From Antedon mediterranea (lineage: Eukaryota > Animalia > Echinodermata), in assembly GCF_964355755.1 (NCBI RefSeq), contig NC_092672.1:23263237-23327236 (forward strand): a stretch of 64,000 bases of DNA, written 5' to 3'. Below the pieces are notes generated by a model. It ran no database searches, was not told where the DNA came from, and saw only the letters and a list, made by a program, of their open reading frames with translations. Both the position numbers and the translations under genes were made by a program. Position 1 is the first letter of the stretch; the number at the start of each line of letters is the position of its first letter. This document shows, piece by piece, positions 46,039 to 58,499 of the stretch.

Positions 46039-49030
46039 CAAGATTCAAGATTCAAGATTCAAGAAATTTTATTTGTCCATAAAATGGAAATTCACTTTGC
46101 TTGGTAGATTAAAACAACAGTATTGCAACAATTTAAAAACGTGCAGTATTATAACAGATTAAAAATAATAAGATAAAAAGTTAAAAATACTGTTAAAAAT
46201 GTAAAACTATTAAAAATTGCATTAACGTCTTACATTAGAATTAAAAATATGAATGCTATTTACAACGAAGGATTTTCTAGTTCTACAATGATTTGCTCTT
46301 GGAGGTCGTAGCCTAATGCCTGATCTATTTAAGTTATAACAGTAATGTAACGGATGAGTGGGGTCTTTCATAATATTGTTAACTTTTTTTAGAATACTCT
46401 TTTCATAGATAAATGAACAAGGCGTTAGATCAGCTTTAATAATACGTTGTGCAATTTTACGTGGTCTCTCAATATTTTTCTTATCATTTTCAGTAAAGTT
46501 ACCATAAAAACATCCAATGCTAAAAGATAAAATACTTTGAATAATACTTTGATAAAATAGAATTAAAATAGTGTTATCAACTCTAATTTGCTTGAGTTTT
46601 CTGAGAAAGTAGAGCCTTTGAGATGCCTTCTTGGAAATCATGAGAGAGTTTGACTCCCATTTTAATTTGTTGTCAATTATAGTACCTAAGTATTTGTATT
46701 GAGTTACTCTTTCAACCTCGGTTTCTTTAATAGTTATTACATTATGTTCAACTGCGGTTTTACGAAAATCTATTATCATCTCTTTGGTTTTAGTAATATT
46801 AAGTATTAAGTTCATATCTTCACACCAATTAACAAATCTTCCAACTTCATTAACAAATTCATTTACATTATGCTTACTATCGCAAAGAAAACCACTAATT
46901 ACAGTATCGTCAGCGTATTTTACAATATTGCAATCTTTACTTAAAATATTAAAACTACTAGAATAAAAAGAGAACAAAATTGGAGAGATAACACATCCTT
47001 GAGGAGCTCCAACACTGGTAGATTCTTTGTTGGATAGGATACCATTGCACTTAACCATCTGCGGTCTATTAATCAAAAAACTATATATAACTTTGGCGAG
47101 CTGAGGTGAGACATTAAAACTTAATAATCTATCAATTAAAACATGTGGTAAAATAGTATTAAAAGCACTGGAGAAATCGAAAAATATAGACCGTACATAA
47201 TTTCTTTTTGAATCAAGGTGATGATATGCATCATGGAGATAAGAATTAACAGCATCGTCAACCCCTCTATTTTTCTTGTATGCAAATTGATTCTTATCTG
47301 CATTACCAATATTTTCCTTAAGTCTAGAAACAATCAACCTTTCTAAGCATTTCATTAAATTTGAAGTAATTGCAATTGGTCTAAAATCTTTTGGTACACT
47401 AGGTTTATTAACTTTAGGCAATGGATTTATGATAGAAGTTTTCCATATGCGTGGAACAGTACCATTTCTAAAAATAATATTAAAAATATGAGTAAAAATT
47501 GGACATAGTTGGATATTGCACACTTTTAAAATTCTGTTTGAAATCCCATCTGGTCCAGTTGCCTTATTGACTTTTACACGTGCAAATTCTCTTAAGACCT
47601 CGTCTTCATTAACAAGAACATTATTATTATCATCATAACCAATATTGTTATTATTATTATTATTATTATATTCATTATCTTTAAGATTGTTAAGTTTCTC
47701 ACTGGTAGCCAACATGTCTGTTTCATATTGACCATCATCAAATCTGCAGAAAAATTTGTTTAAGGAGTCCACAAACTTCTTGTCACATTCACCTACGTAT
47801 TTTTTCGGTTTTTCTTTGTAGTCAGTGAGCATATACATTGCCTTCCAGGCTGAACGCGTGTCTTTATCCTTGAAATGTTTTTCCATTTTAGCTTTATATT
47901 TTTGTTTTGCTTTTAATATACTAGCATCAATCTCCTTCTGAATTCGCTTCGCTTCATCTTTCTTACCGGCTGCATATTCTTTTTTCTTTTTAACTATGAG
48001 ACATTTCGTTTCATGTAAAAACCATGGCTTGCAATTTGGATACATTTTTGTCTTCCTTTTAGGTATAATGGTATCAGCACAATAGTTTATGTATGAACAA
48101 ACAGCATTCACTTCAACATCGATAGAATTTTCGGATTCTGAGAAAACACCCCAGTCCGTAGATTCAAAACAACCCTTTAGCATATCAATTGCCTCAGTGC
48201 TCCAGATCTGCCTTTCTTTGACTACAGGCTTCTGTCTTTTTAAGATTGGCTTGTAGAGTGGTCTTAGAATCACGATGTCGTGGTCAGAGTTTCCCAATGG
48301 GGCACATGTTTTAGCATTATAAGCCTTGGGGATGTTTGAATAACACAGATCCAGAATTGCATTTCCTCGTGTTGGTTGCTGTACAAATTGTTTAAACGTA
48401 GGGAGAACAGTGTTCAGGTTACATTGGTTAAAATCTCCAAGAATGATTTTTACAGCGTCTGGGGAATGCGATTCAATATTATAGACCTGCTCAGCAATGT
48501 GTTCACACGCGATAGTATAATTTGCACCTGGGTGAATATATACTATAAAAATAAAAATTTGTGGAAATTCGCGCGGTAAGTAGAAAGGTCTGATCCCAAC
48601 AGTAAGTACTTCATAGTCGGGTGTACAGGCTTTCGACCAAACCTTCCAGTTGTTACAAAATTGTTGGTTAATATAAAGACAGACTCCACCACCTGTAGTT
48701 TTACCTGAATTTATGGTTCTATCACTTCTCAGGAGTGTGAAATTTTCAAGCTCAATGGCTGAGTCAGCGATTTCGTCTTTGAGCCATGTCTCCGTAAAAC
48801 ATAGTAATGAAGCTTCTCTATATTCATGGAGAAATCGTATATTAGCTCGCAGTTCGTCCATTTTGTTCTGCAGTGATCTAACGTTATCAAAAGTAATGAC
48901 AGGTAGAGGGTGTTTAATTCCTCTTCTCCTTAGACGTTGACGGATACCACCTTTTTTGCCCCTTTTACGTTTACGTTTTGTTAGGCAAGTATTTAAATCC
49001 AAGCCCACAAGGTCAAGTGGCTTAGAGTAC
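46039..49030 (-). mobile_element. Rex1/Babar LINE, slightly 5'-truncated, intact EN-RT
   Basis: (TTGAATC)n tail at 46039-46064; uninterrupted APE+RT frame. Confidence 0.92.
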
Positions 49031-49170
49031 ACACGTCTATTCAGGCGATAGGCACATGTATACACCCTTTTTGATAAGTAAGTAAGTAAGAAACAATACG
49101 TTATTAACAATATTGACGATTCTGGCGGCCGAAATGAACAATACATATTTTGTCTTTTTTGGCGTTTCAT
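46222..49170 (-). CDS. Rex1/Babar endonuclease-reverse transcriptase ORF; N-terminal ~47 codons come from the flanking repeat
   Basis: NVRSLQNK, TETW, GGGVCLYIN, GDFN, SDH, PQGCVISP, YADD. The start MKRQKRQNMYCSFRPP also occurs in the repeat at 43472. Confidence 0.85.
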   Translation of the reverse strand: MKRQKRQNMYCSFRPPESSILLITYCFLLTYLSKRVYTCAYRLNRRVYSKPLDLVGLDLNTCLTKRKRKRGKKGGIRQRLRRRGIKHPLPVITFDNVRSLQNKMDELRANIRFLHEYREASLLCFTETWLKDEIADSAIELENFTLLRSDRTINSGKTTGGGVCLYINQQFCNNWKVWSKACTPDYEVLTVGIRPFYLPREFPQIFIFIVYIHPGANYTIACEHIAEQVYNIESHSPDAVKIILGDFNQCNLNTVLPTFKQFVQQPTRGNAILDLCYSNIPKAYNAKTCAPLGNSDHDIVILRPLYKPILKRQKPVVKERQIWSTEAIDMLKGCFESTDWGVFSESENSIDVEVNAVCSYINYCADTIIPKRKTKMYPNCKPWFLHETKCLIVKKKKEYAAGKKDEAKRIQKEIDASILKAKQKYKAKMEKHFKDKDTRSAWKAMYMLTDYKEKPKKYVGECDKKFVDSLNKFFCRFDDGQYETDMLATSEKLNNLKDNEYNNNNNNNNIGYDDNNNVLVNEDEVLREFARVKVNKATGPDGISNRILKVCNIQLCPIFTHIFNIIFRNGTVPRIWKTSIINPLPKVNKPSVPKDFRPIAITSNLMKCLERLIVSRLKENIGNADKNQFAYKKNRGVDDAVNSYLHDAYHHLDSKRNYVRSIFFDFSSAFNTILPHVLIDRLLSFNVSPQLAKVIYSFLINRPQMVKCNGILSNKESTSVGAPQGCVISPILFSFYSSSFNILSKDCNIVKYADDTVISGFLCDSKHNVNEFVNEVGRFVNWCEDMNLILNITKTKEMIIDFRKTAVEHNVITIKETEVERVTQYKYLGTIIDNKLKWESNSLMISKKASQRLYFLRKLKQIRVDNTILILFYQSIIQSILSFSIGCFYGNFTENDKKNIERPRKIAQRIIKADLTPCSFIYEKSILKKVNNIMKDPTHPLHYCYNLNRSGIRLRPPRANHCRTRKSFVVNSIHIFNSNVRR

Positions 49171-50755
49171 GATTTTGGGCGTTCCATAACCGGCGGCCGA
49201 AATGACTGGCGGCCGAAATGATCAGACACTAAGAAATGTTTTCAGCTGGCGAAATAAAGGTTAAATTAATATTTAATTATTAGTATTACTATTATTATTT
49301 ATATTAATGGTTCCTATCAATGTTTTATGTACGGACTCATATCGTCGCCGTTTTGATATGTACAGCTGGTTCTTTATAAAACCACTCTTTGCAGTTTAAA
49401 AATAAAAACAGAAAATAAAACATACATTGATTTCTGGCAATTTTCTGAATCTAAAATGGCCACAGTTCAATCGAAGTTTTCGCGAAAAAAGGAGCTGTTT
49501 TGAAAGGCATTTTTTATTGTGATAAAGGTAATATAACGGTGGCTAAATCACGGGAACATGTTACATAATGGCCCAAAATTGTATGATGTGAGTGCGAGAA
49601 AAAAATGAAGCAAGAAATCGAAGATATAACACTCAGTGTGGTGCGAAACTGCAGTAGCGCCGCCTAGCCTAGGCTAAATACTACTACGTACTAGCTAGGC
49701 CTAGCCTACTTATGTAGGGTGATGTAGGCCTAAGGCTATACTAGTACTAACTACTTTCTCTAGGCCTAGGCCTAAATACTAAATACTACTAACTAGGCCT
49801 AGTGTCTGTCTATAGGCCTACTTATGTAAGTTGATGTAGGCCTAAAGGCTATACTAGACAAAAAGGGTGCTAGAGTAATAGATAGGAGGAGGAACAGGTA
49901 AGGCTGGACCAGGCCTAGGCCTAGTACAAGTTAGGCTTATAGCTAGCTAGATACTGTTTAGGCATAGCCTACTAGGATCATCATAATAGCAGTTTTCATA
50001 CTGGAATTACGGAAAAAGGTTAAAGGTCTCAAGATGGTTTTAGGCCTGGGGTTAAACCATATAATATTTATATTATAAATAAAGGAAGTGAATTCATTGG
50101 TTAGTGTTCATTAAATATCTTTGTATCAAAATTGATTAAATTCACAGCGTTAATGAATGGTGGCACAGAATAGTTAGCTCTTGTTAAGAAAGCTAATTGT
50201 AATACTTTACTCTCTGTCCAAATTAGCTATTAAATCAAATCAACATCACAGGCAGAATGGCAAAGTATACCAGGTACACACACACTCACATTCCTATTTT
50301 TCTAAGGACACAATTACAACTCCTCCACTCCCAAAGACTTGTAATAAGACTTTGTTTATGTAGAGCATCTTGTGTATTTGTTTGTCTTGTGAACCTAGCT
50401 CTGAGGGTCCCTAATGATCAGCAATTGCTGGATGGATCACCCTCATTAAATATGGTTTTAAAAAAATATTAAAAACTGTAAATCAAGAAAAACAACATAC
50501 AAAAGTAAGTCACAATGTGTAAATCATCATCATTTGTCAGCTTATTGATCATGTCATCTGATTAAAATTTACTATTAAAATTGTTGTTTGATTGTTGAAG
50601 TATTTGGCCCTTTAGTATTCTGGATATGTTGAGGGTTTAAAACAAGATTTTAATGCAACGTAAAAACAATGTAATTGCAGTATACCATCAAATTATTTTC
50701 TGTTTTATTATTAATGCAAACATTCTTTTATAATTATATAATGTCATTTTGTCAG

Positions 50756-50859
50756 GTTTAATCCATTGCATATAATAACAGATGCAATGGTTAAAACAAC
50801 GGTGTGTACACCAGATGCCAGTAACAAAGAAATGTTGAAAGAAACAACGCAGGATATTT
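50756..50859 (+). CDS. ROCO copy 2 exon, probable Roc G2/switch I (FNPLHIITDAMVKTTVC)
   Basis: gtcag| and |gtaagt sites; resembles the Roc FDP..xTDG segment; phase-compatible with the next exon. Confidence 0.6.
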
Positions 50860-51010
50860 GTAAGTATTCACTTTATATTCAGATACATGCTGCAACCAAA
50901 ATAGATGATTTATTTATATTTTTTAATTTATTTTTTATAATTATTTAGGCAAATTGCCAAAGATAACCATAGCGAATTAATTCACTATTCTTCTTAAAGG
51001 TAGCAATCAT

Positions 51011-51185
51011 GTTCACAAGACAAACATACACAAGATGCTCTACATAAACAAAGTCTTATTACAAGTCTTTGGGAGTGGAGTTGTAATTTGTCATTAGAAA
51101 AAATCCTGGAATATGACAGGACTTGAACCCAGGACCCTTCAATTGGTAGCCAAGCATCATAACCACCAAGCCACAACTCTACTCC
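51011..51185 (-). mobile_element. tRNA-derived SINE (5' part)
   Basis: The - strand has A-box tggcttggtgg and B-box ggttcaagtcc; the body matches 50312-50394 in the opposite orientation. Confidence 0.65.
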
Positions 51186-51564
51186 AAATTTAAAATTCAC
51201 CCTGACTCATGCACTGTCATGTCACAACTTCTTTTTAATTTTTTTTACCAAATAATTGTTGTTCTCATGTCATTGTAAATTAATTGAATAGACCTCTAGG
51301 TTTAATATTTGGGTGACAATTTGCGACTACGGTAGTTCTTGCACACACTTTGATATTTCATAAATGCATGGAGAAAACCACTACCATATAAACATACAAG
51401 TTATTTAAATTCAATTTGAGGATAAATTAGTTTTTAAATTATTGCAACAACATCATAAAAATGGTTTCAAAGTTTCTATGCTTTTAAAAAACCAATGTAA
51501 CTGTGTAAGAAATAAAATAATATATACAGGATTTTATTAACATTTTTTAATTTAAAAGCTTTAG

Positions 51565-51678
51565 ACATGTATCAGGATGCTGTCACTGATGTCACAGTTA
51601 AACAAATGTTGAAAAGTCCACGCCATACAAAAGGATACACACCAAGAGCAGGAGCATCAAAGCAGGAAACAAAATCTG
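51565..51678 (+). CDS. ROCO copy 2 exon, low-complexity Roc insertion
   Basis: AG/GT bounded, 114 nt, phase 1-1, open (MYQDAVTDV..GASKQETKS). Confidence 0.65.
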
Positions 51679-52104
51679 GTAAAAAGATTTTAATGAAAGT
51701 TAATTCAAATTTACTTAAAATTTCTTTATTGTTATTGTAATCTGCAGTAAAATAAATTAAAAAGTATAAACATAAAAGGCACAAAATACCAATCAATATA
51801 AAATTGGTACAAAAGAGATTTTTTAAAATAAATTTAATATAAAAGTTTTGATAAAAGACTTTATACAGCATTTTGCTGTGATTACTGCTGTGACATTTGA
51901 ATTCAGATAGAGAATATACAAAAGGTACACATATTATAATGATGATGGCAAATTGGATCAGGTTGGAATCGACAAAAAATGATTCATTACACTAACCTTT
52001 GTTCTTGCCAAGTTAATTTGATTATAAAGCATGATGATGAATGCTAATACATTATGCTATTTATAACAAGATAGCATCTTTAATTATATCATTACATTTT
52101 TCAG

Positions 52105-52218
52105 ACAGTAGACCTGAGAAAGAGAAAAACCCCACAGGAGCATCAACATCAAAACAGGATGCCAAATTTGCTGAAACATCAACAAGTTCAAATCCAATGC
52201 CAAGTCTACAAAAAGAGG
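52105..52218 (+). CDS. ROCO copy 2 exon, low-complexity Roc insertion
   Basis: AG/GT bounded, 114 nt, phase 1-1 (DSRPEKEKNPTGASTSKQDAK..). Confidence 0.7.
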
Positions 52219-52618
52219 GTAAATATTTAGTTTGATATGTGTTTGATTGTGCTGTTCATACATATTAATGATATCAGAAATAAAGACTAAAGTGCTAAAT
52301 ATTGAAATGATTAAAGGAGCGGAAATTTAATGATAATCATCAGTGTCTGCTAATGAACATATATTATCTTGCAAGTTACTTTGACAGTTAATACTAATAT
52401 TTGTATATTGTATGACACTGCTGTGTAATCTATTCAACTTGCAGTACAATGTGGTTAAATAAACTCATCACTAAACCATTGATTGGAAAGGATAAGGTTT
52501 AAAATACTTAAATATTGCATTGGAAATACTTTTTCTTTAAATAAAAAAGTTATAGTTGGTAATCACAATTGAGACCTAATCCAAGTTGTTGTATGTGTTA
52601 TATATTTTATCACAACAG

Positions 52619-52785
52619 AACCAGTGTATGAAGAAAAACCAGAAATTCCTAAAGGGTTCAGGAACAAATTTGTAGGCAAACTTCGCTCTGCAAGAGAAGG
52701 TGGTGACTCTAAAGTGGATAGCAACAAGTTTGTTATGAATATCTGGGACTTTGGTGGTCAACCAATTTACCATGTGATACAACAG
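52619..52785 (+). CDS. ROCO copy 2 exon with Roc G3 motif (IWDFGGQPIYH)
   Basis: WDFGGQ is the Roc GTPase G3 signature; AG/GT bounded. Confidence 0.9.
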
Positions 52786-53499
52786 GTAAATTTTATTGGT
52801 GTATTTAATTTTTATTAATAGAGATTAGTTTTGCCGTCAATATTCAATATACATGCCTTCTTCTGAGGTTCTGTTAGTTTCAGTGTATACTTTGTCTTTT
52901 GGCCTTGTTACAATATCAGCACTGAAATCAAAATGTTTGCTCACTTGATTTGAAGTTAAGAATCTATAATCTTCCTCCAAGGTATTACAAAAATGTGGAT
53001 CTAATATAGTACAATATGTCAGTATCAGATATAAAATACAATTATTATTATTATTACAATATTATAAATTATTTTATTCTTCATTTAATTGAATACAGTC
53101 AACTCAGTCTCTAGTCTCTAATTACCAGAAACCAAAACCAGACTTGAGGTCAAAAAAGATAAAATACATTTGAAATATCAGAATTTCTGTAAACCCAGAC
53201 ATTATTATGCCAGCCAAAGGGTGTCCAGTTTTGAGAGACTTTAAGTAAAATAGTATTAATTGATGTGTACCATAATGTAATATTAGCCTAGATGGATAAC
53301 AAAGAGGGAGAGAGAGAGAGGAAGAATGGAATAAAACATTCATTATTTATTAAACCAATGATTAAGATTGTAAATGTTTCCAAGGTGAACATGCAGTTTG
53401 TGAGGAAAACAATAAGTATCAAATAATCAGTTATGCCAGTATACTGACACATGTGTATAAACAGTTTGTAATATTGACTATTATGATTATGTTTACTAG

Positions 53500-53589
53500 A
53501 TATTCATGGTATCTTATGCTGTTGTATGTGTGGTATTCAACATGAAGGAAGGTCTTAATGCCCCAGCTAAAGTTCTGGATCCAACAACT
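53500..53589 (+). CDS. ROCO copy 2 exon (IFMVSYAVVCVVFNMKEG..)
   Basis: 90 nt, ctag| and |gtaagt; matches the Roc xFLxxxAxxxxVFN strand; absent from the ORF track. Confidence 0.85.
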
Positions 53590-53828
53590 GTAAGTAGATT
53601 TTACAAATTTCAAATGTTTATGTACATGTTATGTTATTCTTTACCTTAACACAAACTGTACAAATAGCAGATGCCTGATATATGATTGTTGTCATTTTCA
53701 CTTCCATGATAGTGTTGTTTTTCTATATAAATTTGTGCTGTTAATAATAATAGACAATTTTCCACAATGTTTCAAACTAGAATTTTAAGAATTTAAAATG
53801 TAAATTTTGTTCATTTTTTTTTGTTTAG

Positions 53829-53987
53829 GGAGAAATGTATGAACATCGAATGACAAATCTTGACTTCATTCTGTTTTGGATTCGTTCAGTTTTTGTAAAT
53901 GTAAGAAAAGGACAAAATAGCAAGATAATGCTAATTGGTACACATTATGAGAGCCTTGGTAAAACTGAACAAGAAAGACAACAAAGG
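53829..53987 (+). CDS. ROCO copy 2 exon with Roc G4 region (FWIRSV..IMLIGTHYE)
   Basis: 159 nt, phase 0-0; GTHx[D/E] motif. Confidence 0.88.
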
Positions 53988-54408
53988 GTACATATATCAT
54001 CACATTTCCTTTTAAACAGTACAAAATTGTATATTGTCATTAATTCATTGGAAACAATATGTAGTTTCATCACTAACATTAGCAATCATGTATGATTGTT
54101 TTATACGTCATGTCATGAGCATACTACTGTACTGTGCTGGCTTATGATTAACTTAACTTAATTTTATTTGTCATTTGGATATAATAAAACAAATAAAAGG
54201 GTATACAAATATCTATGATTTAGCAAACATTTTGAATTTGTTTTCTTATATTGGTATAATTATACAATCTATACTGGGTAAGTAAATACGTAACATAACT
54301 TAAATGAAACACTTTTTGCACTTTACAAAAGGGGTTGGGGTTGGCTAAGCACACTCTAAATCTTCCCCTGACATAAGTATAATTCCAATATGATGTTATT
54401 TATTTTAG

Positions 54409-54678
54409 GTAAAAGAAATAGAGAATATACTTTGGAAAGCCCTGGAAGGAAAACCATTTGAGGACATGGTGTATCAAGGAGAGGTATTTACAATAGAAAA
54501 CAGTGTCTCATTTGATAAGAGCGGTGCTTCTAAAATCATCCTCCAAATACAAGAATTAGTCCAGATGATGATTCTTACTTTTCCTATCAAATGGCTGCAA
54601 GTAATGCAGGAAATACAGCTAAGAAAAAAGGAAAAGGAAAGAAAAGGGGAAAAACTACTGTATCTACCAACGTCTGAG
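54409..54678 (+). CDS. ROCO copy 2 exon, Roc end / COR-A start (FTIENS..FPIKWLQ)
   Basis: 270 nt, AG/GT bounded; PxxWL COR motif. Confidence 0.88.
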
Positions 54679-55054
54679 GTTAGAAATATATTTTTCTTTC
54701 TTTCAGCTTGATCTCAATTATATATCTTTACAGTTTAGTCATGTAAAACAATAACCAGTTACATTCGTTTAGACTAAATATTAGTTGAGGATAATACATA
54801 GTTGATTGTTTAAAACAACTATCATTATAACCATCTTTTAAAAGTGTATAGGAAACAAGTTGGCTTATTGTTGGTAGAAATTTTGCCCATGAGGGTATAA
54901 TGTTAAACTTGCTTTATTTGTCAATGTTTATTGACTGTTTATGACGAATGTCATCGGTAACAGAACGGTGTAATTTTAGTTTTTTTTATTTTTATTTTTT
55001 TTAAAATGTTATTTATTGTACATCCAACAGTGTAAACACCAATTACAGGATGAA

Positions 55055-55087
<33 letters not shown>

Positions 55088-55415
55088 AGAACTATATAAC
55101 AATTAGAATCATATTAATAACATTAATAAAATAATTTAAAATTTAAAATTATTTAAAATTATCTAACCAACTTATGGTAGACAACATACCAAAATGCCAT
55201 TGTAACATTGTTCAGAAATACAAAATGATTTAATAAGTTTCAAATTTCAATTCTAACCCTTTCATGACAATGAAAAAAGATGTCCTTCTAGTAACTTTTA
55301 GTCTTATTTCCAATATGCTGTTTAACAAACACAGTAGCAAAAATTACAATGTTGGTTAAACTCCCAACTTTTAGAATTTAATTTTATTTAATTGTTATGT
55401 TTATTTGCTTTCTAG

Positions 55416-55601
55416 ATAAATGATTTACTTGTTCGTTGTAAGATCACCAATAACAAAGTGCTTCTTGATTACTTACATGACATCGGCGAGATTCTGTTCT
55501 ACCCAGATGACAAGATCCTCAAAGAAAAAATTGTTATAGATTTGATGGGAGTAGTTGACAAGTTTAAAACAATCATCACAGTTATTGATCCCAAGCTTCA
55601 G
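55416..55601 (+). CDS. ROCO copy 2 exon, COR-A (LLDYLHDIGEILFY)
   Basis: 186 nt; LxYLHDxGxIxxF COR signature. Confidence 0.9.
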
Positions 55602-55836
55602 GTTAGTAATATTATGCACTATACTTTTGTGAATAATCTGACCTAAACATTGTGATAATGTTTTTATGTGATGAATTTAGCTTCAAAATGTAATGTCTAC
55701 CACAAAGAGAAATTTTTGTCCTGGAGCCTAATATATATACTGTTTTTAAAATAGAATCAAATTTATTCAAATTTACACCTTGTTTAATTTTACTACTGTA
55801 TATTCTAATACATAAAAGCAAATATGCTTGTGCATT

Positions 55837-55990
55837 ACAGTAGAACTCTATTAAAGAGGACACCACATAATGTGGACCCAACAAAGTGGGATCCCTTTAA
55901 TAGAGCTTAGTCGTAGAACCCCTATTAAAGAGGACACCACATAATGTGGACCCAACAAAGTGGGATCCCTTTAATAGAGCTTAGTCGTAG
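55837..55990. repeat. Tc1/mariner(pogo)-like MITE end with ~74 bp tandem duplication
   Basis: TA-CAGTAGAACTC start; gtagaac.ctattaaagaggacaccacataatgtggacccaacaaagtgggatccc occurs twice. Confidence 0.6.
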
Positions 55991-58499
55991 TTAATAATAA
56001 TGATAATAGCTTTATTGTTTCTCAAGAGATGTGCAATAACAAAAAATAAATAAATAAATCGTATAATTGTTTATTTCGGGAGAAGATATCAACAAATTAG
56101 TAATTCTTAGGACTATGGTTTCTGTTTTACAAACGAATCTTTCTTTCCACCAATCGCTAGAATGCCTAATAGTTACAATTATGACATTTGACATAATCAC
56201 CACCTGGTCTATCTTGTTCTGCTTATCTTCTCATCCGTATCTTGAATCTGAACTGAACTTGATTGTATCTCTTTTATATCCGAGGCACAGTCTGAATGAG
56301 ATGTGCAACAAGTATATATAATAAACAAAAAATTAGACAGAAAAAACAAATTACAAAATATTTACATGATAACCGCTCAAAAAGTTGAGATCTTCAACTA
56401 TAAACCTTTATATAGAAAAACGCAAATGGTTGAAGTAAACTGAGAAAGATTAAAAACTAAGACAAATATAGGCCATAAGCAGTAAATCGTATTGTTCTAT
56501 CTCATTCCAGTGTTAGGGGTCTAGAATTTCTTAACATATTTACAATGTTAATTTTATATAATATTTTTTAACAACATATCAAAAGTTCTCCACAATCATG
56601 TGTGTCTATTTTGAGAAATTATCAATTGATTTTGGTACTCTATTTTGATATACATCGGGATGTATCGGCGTGAGTGATTTGGTCCCGCAAAGAAAACATG
56701 TTCAAAATACTGAATACTGAAATGCTTTATTTGTCCATCATCATCATAAAATAACAACAGAAATTCTTCTTGAAGATTGACAATTATTAGTAAAATAATA
56801 AATAGATATCCAATAAAATATATTATGTACACACACATAATTGCACAAAAAAAATATAAGTTATGAAACACGGTGTAAAAATGACAAGGAAAATTATCCG
56901 CAACATCCAAAAATATGTATCACGTGATTGTATTTCACCAATCATAGTATGATTACAGATTAGGGAATCCCCATAACGCACGGAGTGCAGAAGTGTGTAA
57001 AAAATCAACACATGTATTCTTCGAGAGTCGAGGAAGTTCGGTTTATTTTGCTACTTAAACAAACGTTGTAAACAGACATTTTTAGCGAAAGAAGTTGATA
57101 TATGCTTGTATGAAAATTGTTTCCTGCTTAACATGGTGTATGATTATGGTTTGTTAGAAACACAGTTTAGAGAAAATAAGAGGCCAAAAGATAGCTAGCC
57201 TAGCGCCAACGTCCTATCTAGGCTCTAGCTTAGCTAAAGTAGGCTACTGACTTTCAATATACTTCCTAGCTAGATTAGGACTGAGAGGAGTAGCATCATA
57301 ACGCTAATAATGCCGAATGTCTAATAACGGAAAAACCATACAAAACAGGTGAGAATAGGCCTATATAGATAAACTCTTTGTAATAGTGCTGAAATTGTTT
57401 AAAATATTTCTAGGCCTAGGCTAGTAGTATTATTACTATTTAGTGGACAAATGCAACAAAACCAGACTACATTTGGATGGCATGGTCTGAGTCCTTGGTA
57501 TCTAGGGCCTATATATGTGTACCACACTATTTTTCAATTCAATTTGAATCAGCTTTTATTATTTCGCAACAAAAAAAAAGCTATACTTTTAGTATTAAAA
57601 AGTAGATGAACATATACGAAATATAACACAATTCAGCCTATTTTTTTTCTTAGAAATTAATACTTAAATTATGTAATTAATGGATAATTTATTACAGTTG
57701 TTTTTAACCATTATTTTTTATGGTTTTACTGATTCGTACTTTACTGTCATTATTTTTACTTCTTTGTACAGTGTATAACTGTGTATTGCTATATTTGATA
57801 AAATTTGGATATGTTGTAGAATAGACGTCACTAAATCCAAAAAGTATTTGCTCCATTTTTAGGTTCCTCAAAACAAAAACTTAAATATAAATAATATAAC
57901 CACAATTAGAAACTCCAAAAAAAACGACAATTTAACTAATATCTTTTCTCTAACACATAAGTTTAACATGTTTAAAACTAAAAAACAAGTAAAAACTATA
58001 TAATATAAATATAAATTATTTAAGAAATATCCAAATATGTAAATAATAAAAGAATTTACAAAGAATCTTCAACAAACACCTAGGCCTATACTAAAACTAA
58101 TACATGATAGAAATAAAAGTATTGGGGTAACATAGACTGAAACACACGGTCAAACATTATAAGTAATCAAACAAATGTAAATGGCCAACATAGTAAGAAC
58201 AGAACTTTAAGGTTTAGAAATAGTGGAATGAAACAAATGTTATACAAGGCCAAAACATAACAAGTAGCATATAATGTGTTTACTTTTACTACAACTTGCA
58301 ATAAACATAAAATGTACGTTTTTAAAGCATACTTTTACTCCATCAATTTTATGTACATGTATAGATATAGTGCCTTTTTAACTTCTATATTGAATTTTAT
58401 TGTTTTATATTTTTACAAAAATGTATGTATGTTATGTAATATATTATATTTGTAAAAGGAATGAATAAATGTGGGTGACCCCCACGAAAGAGAAAAAAA

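Noticed and set aside
51110-51185. tRNA gene (also ~60290-60360)
   Set aside because: A/B boxes are present but there is no convincing cloverleaf, and a repeat body follows: SINE heads.
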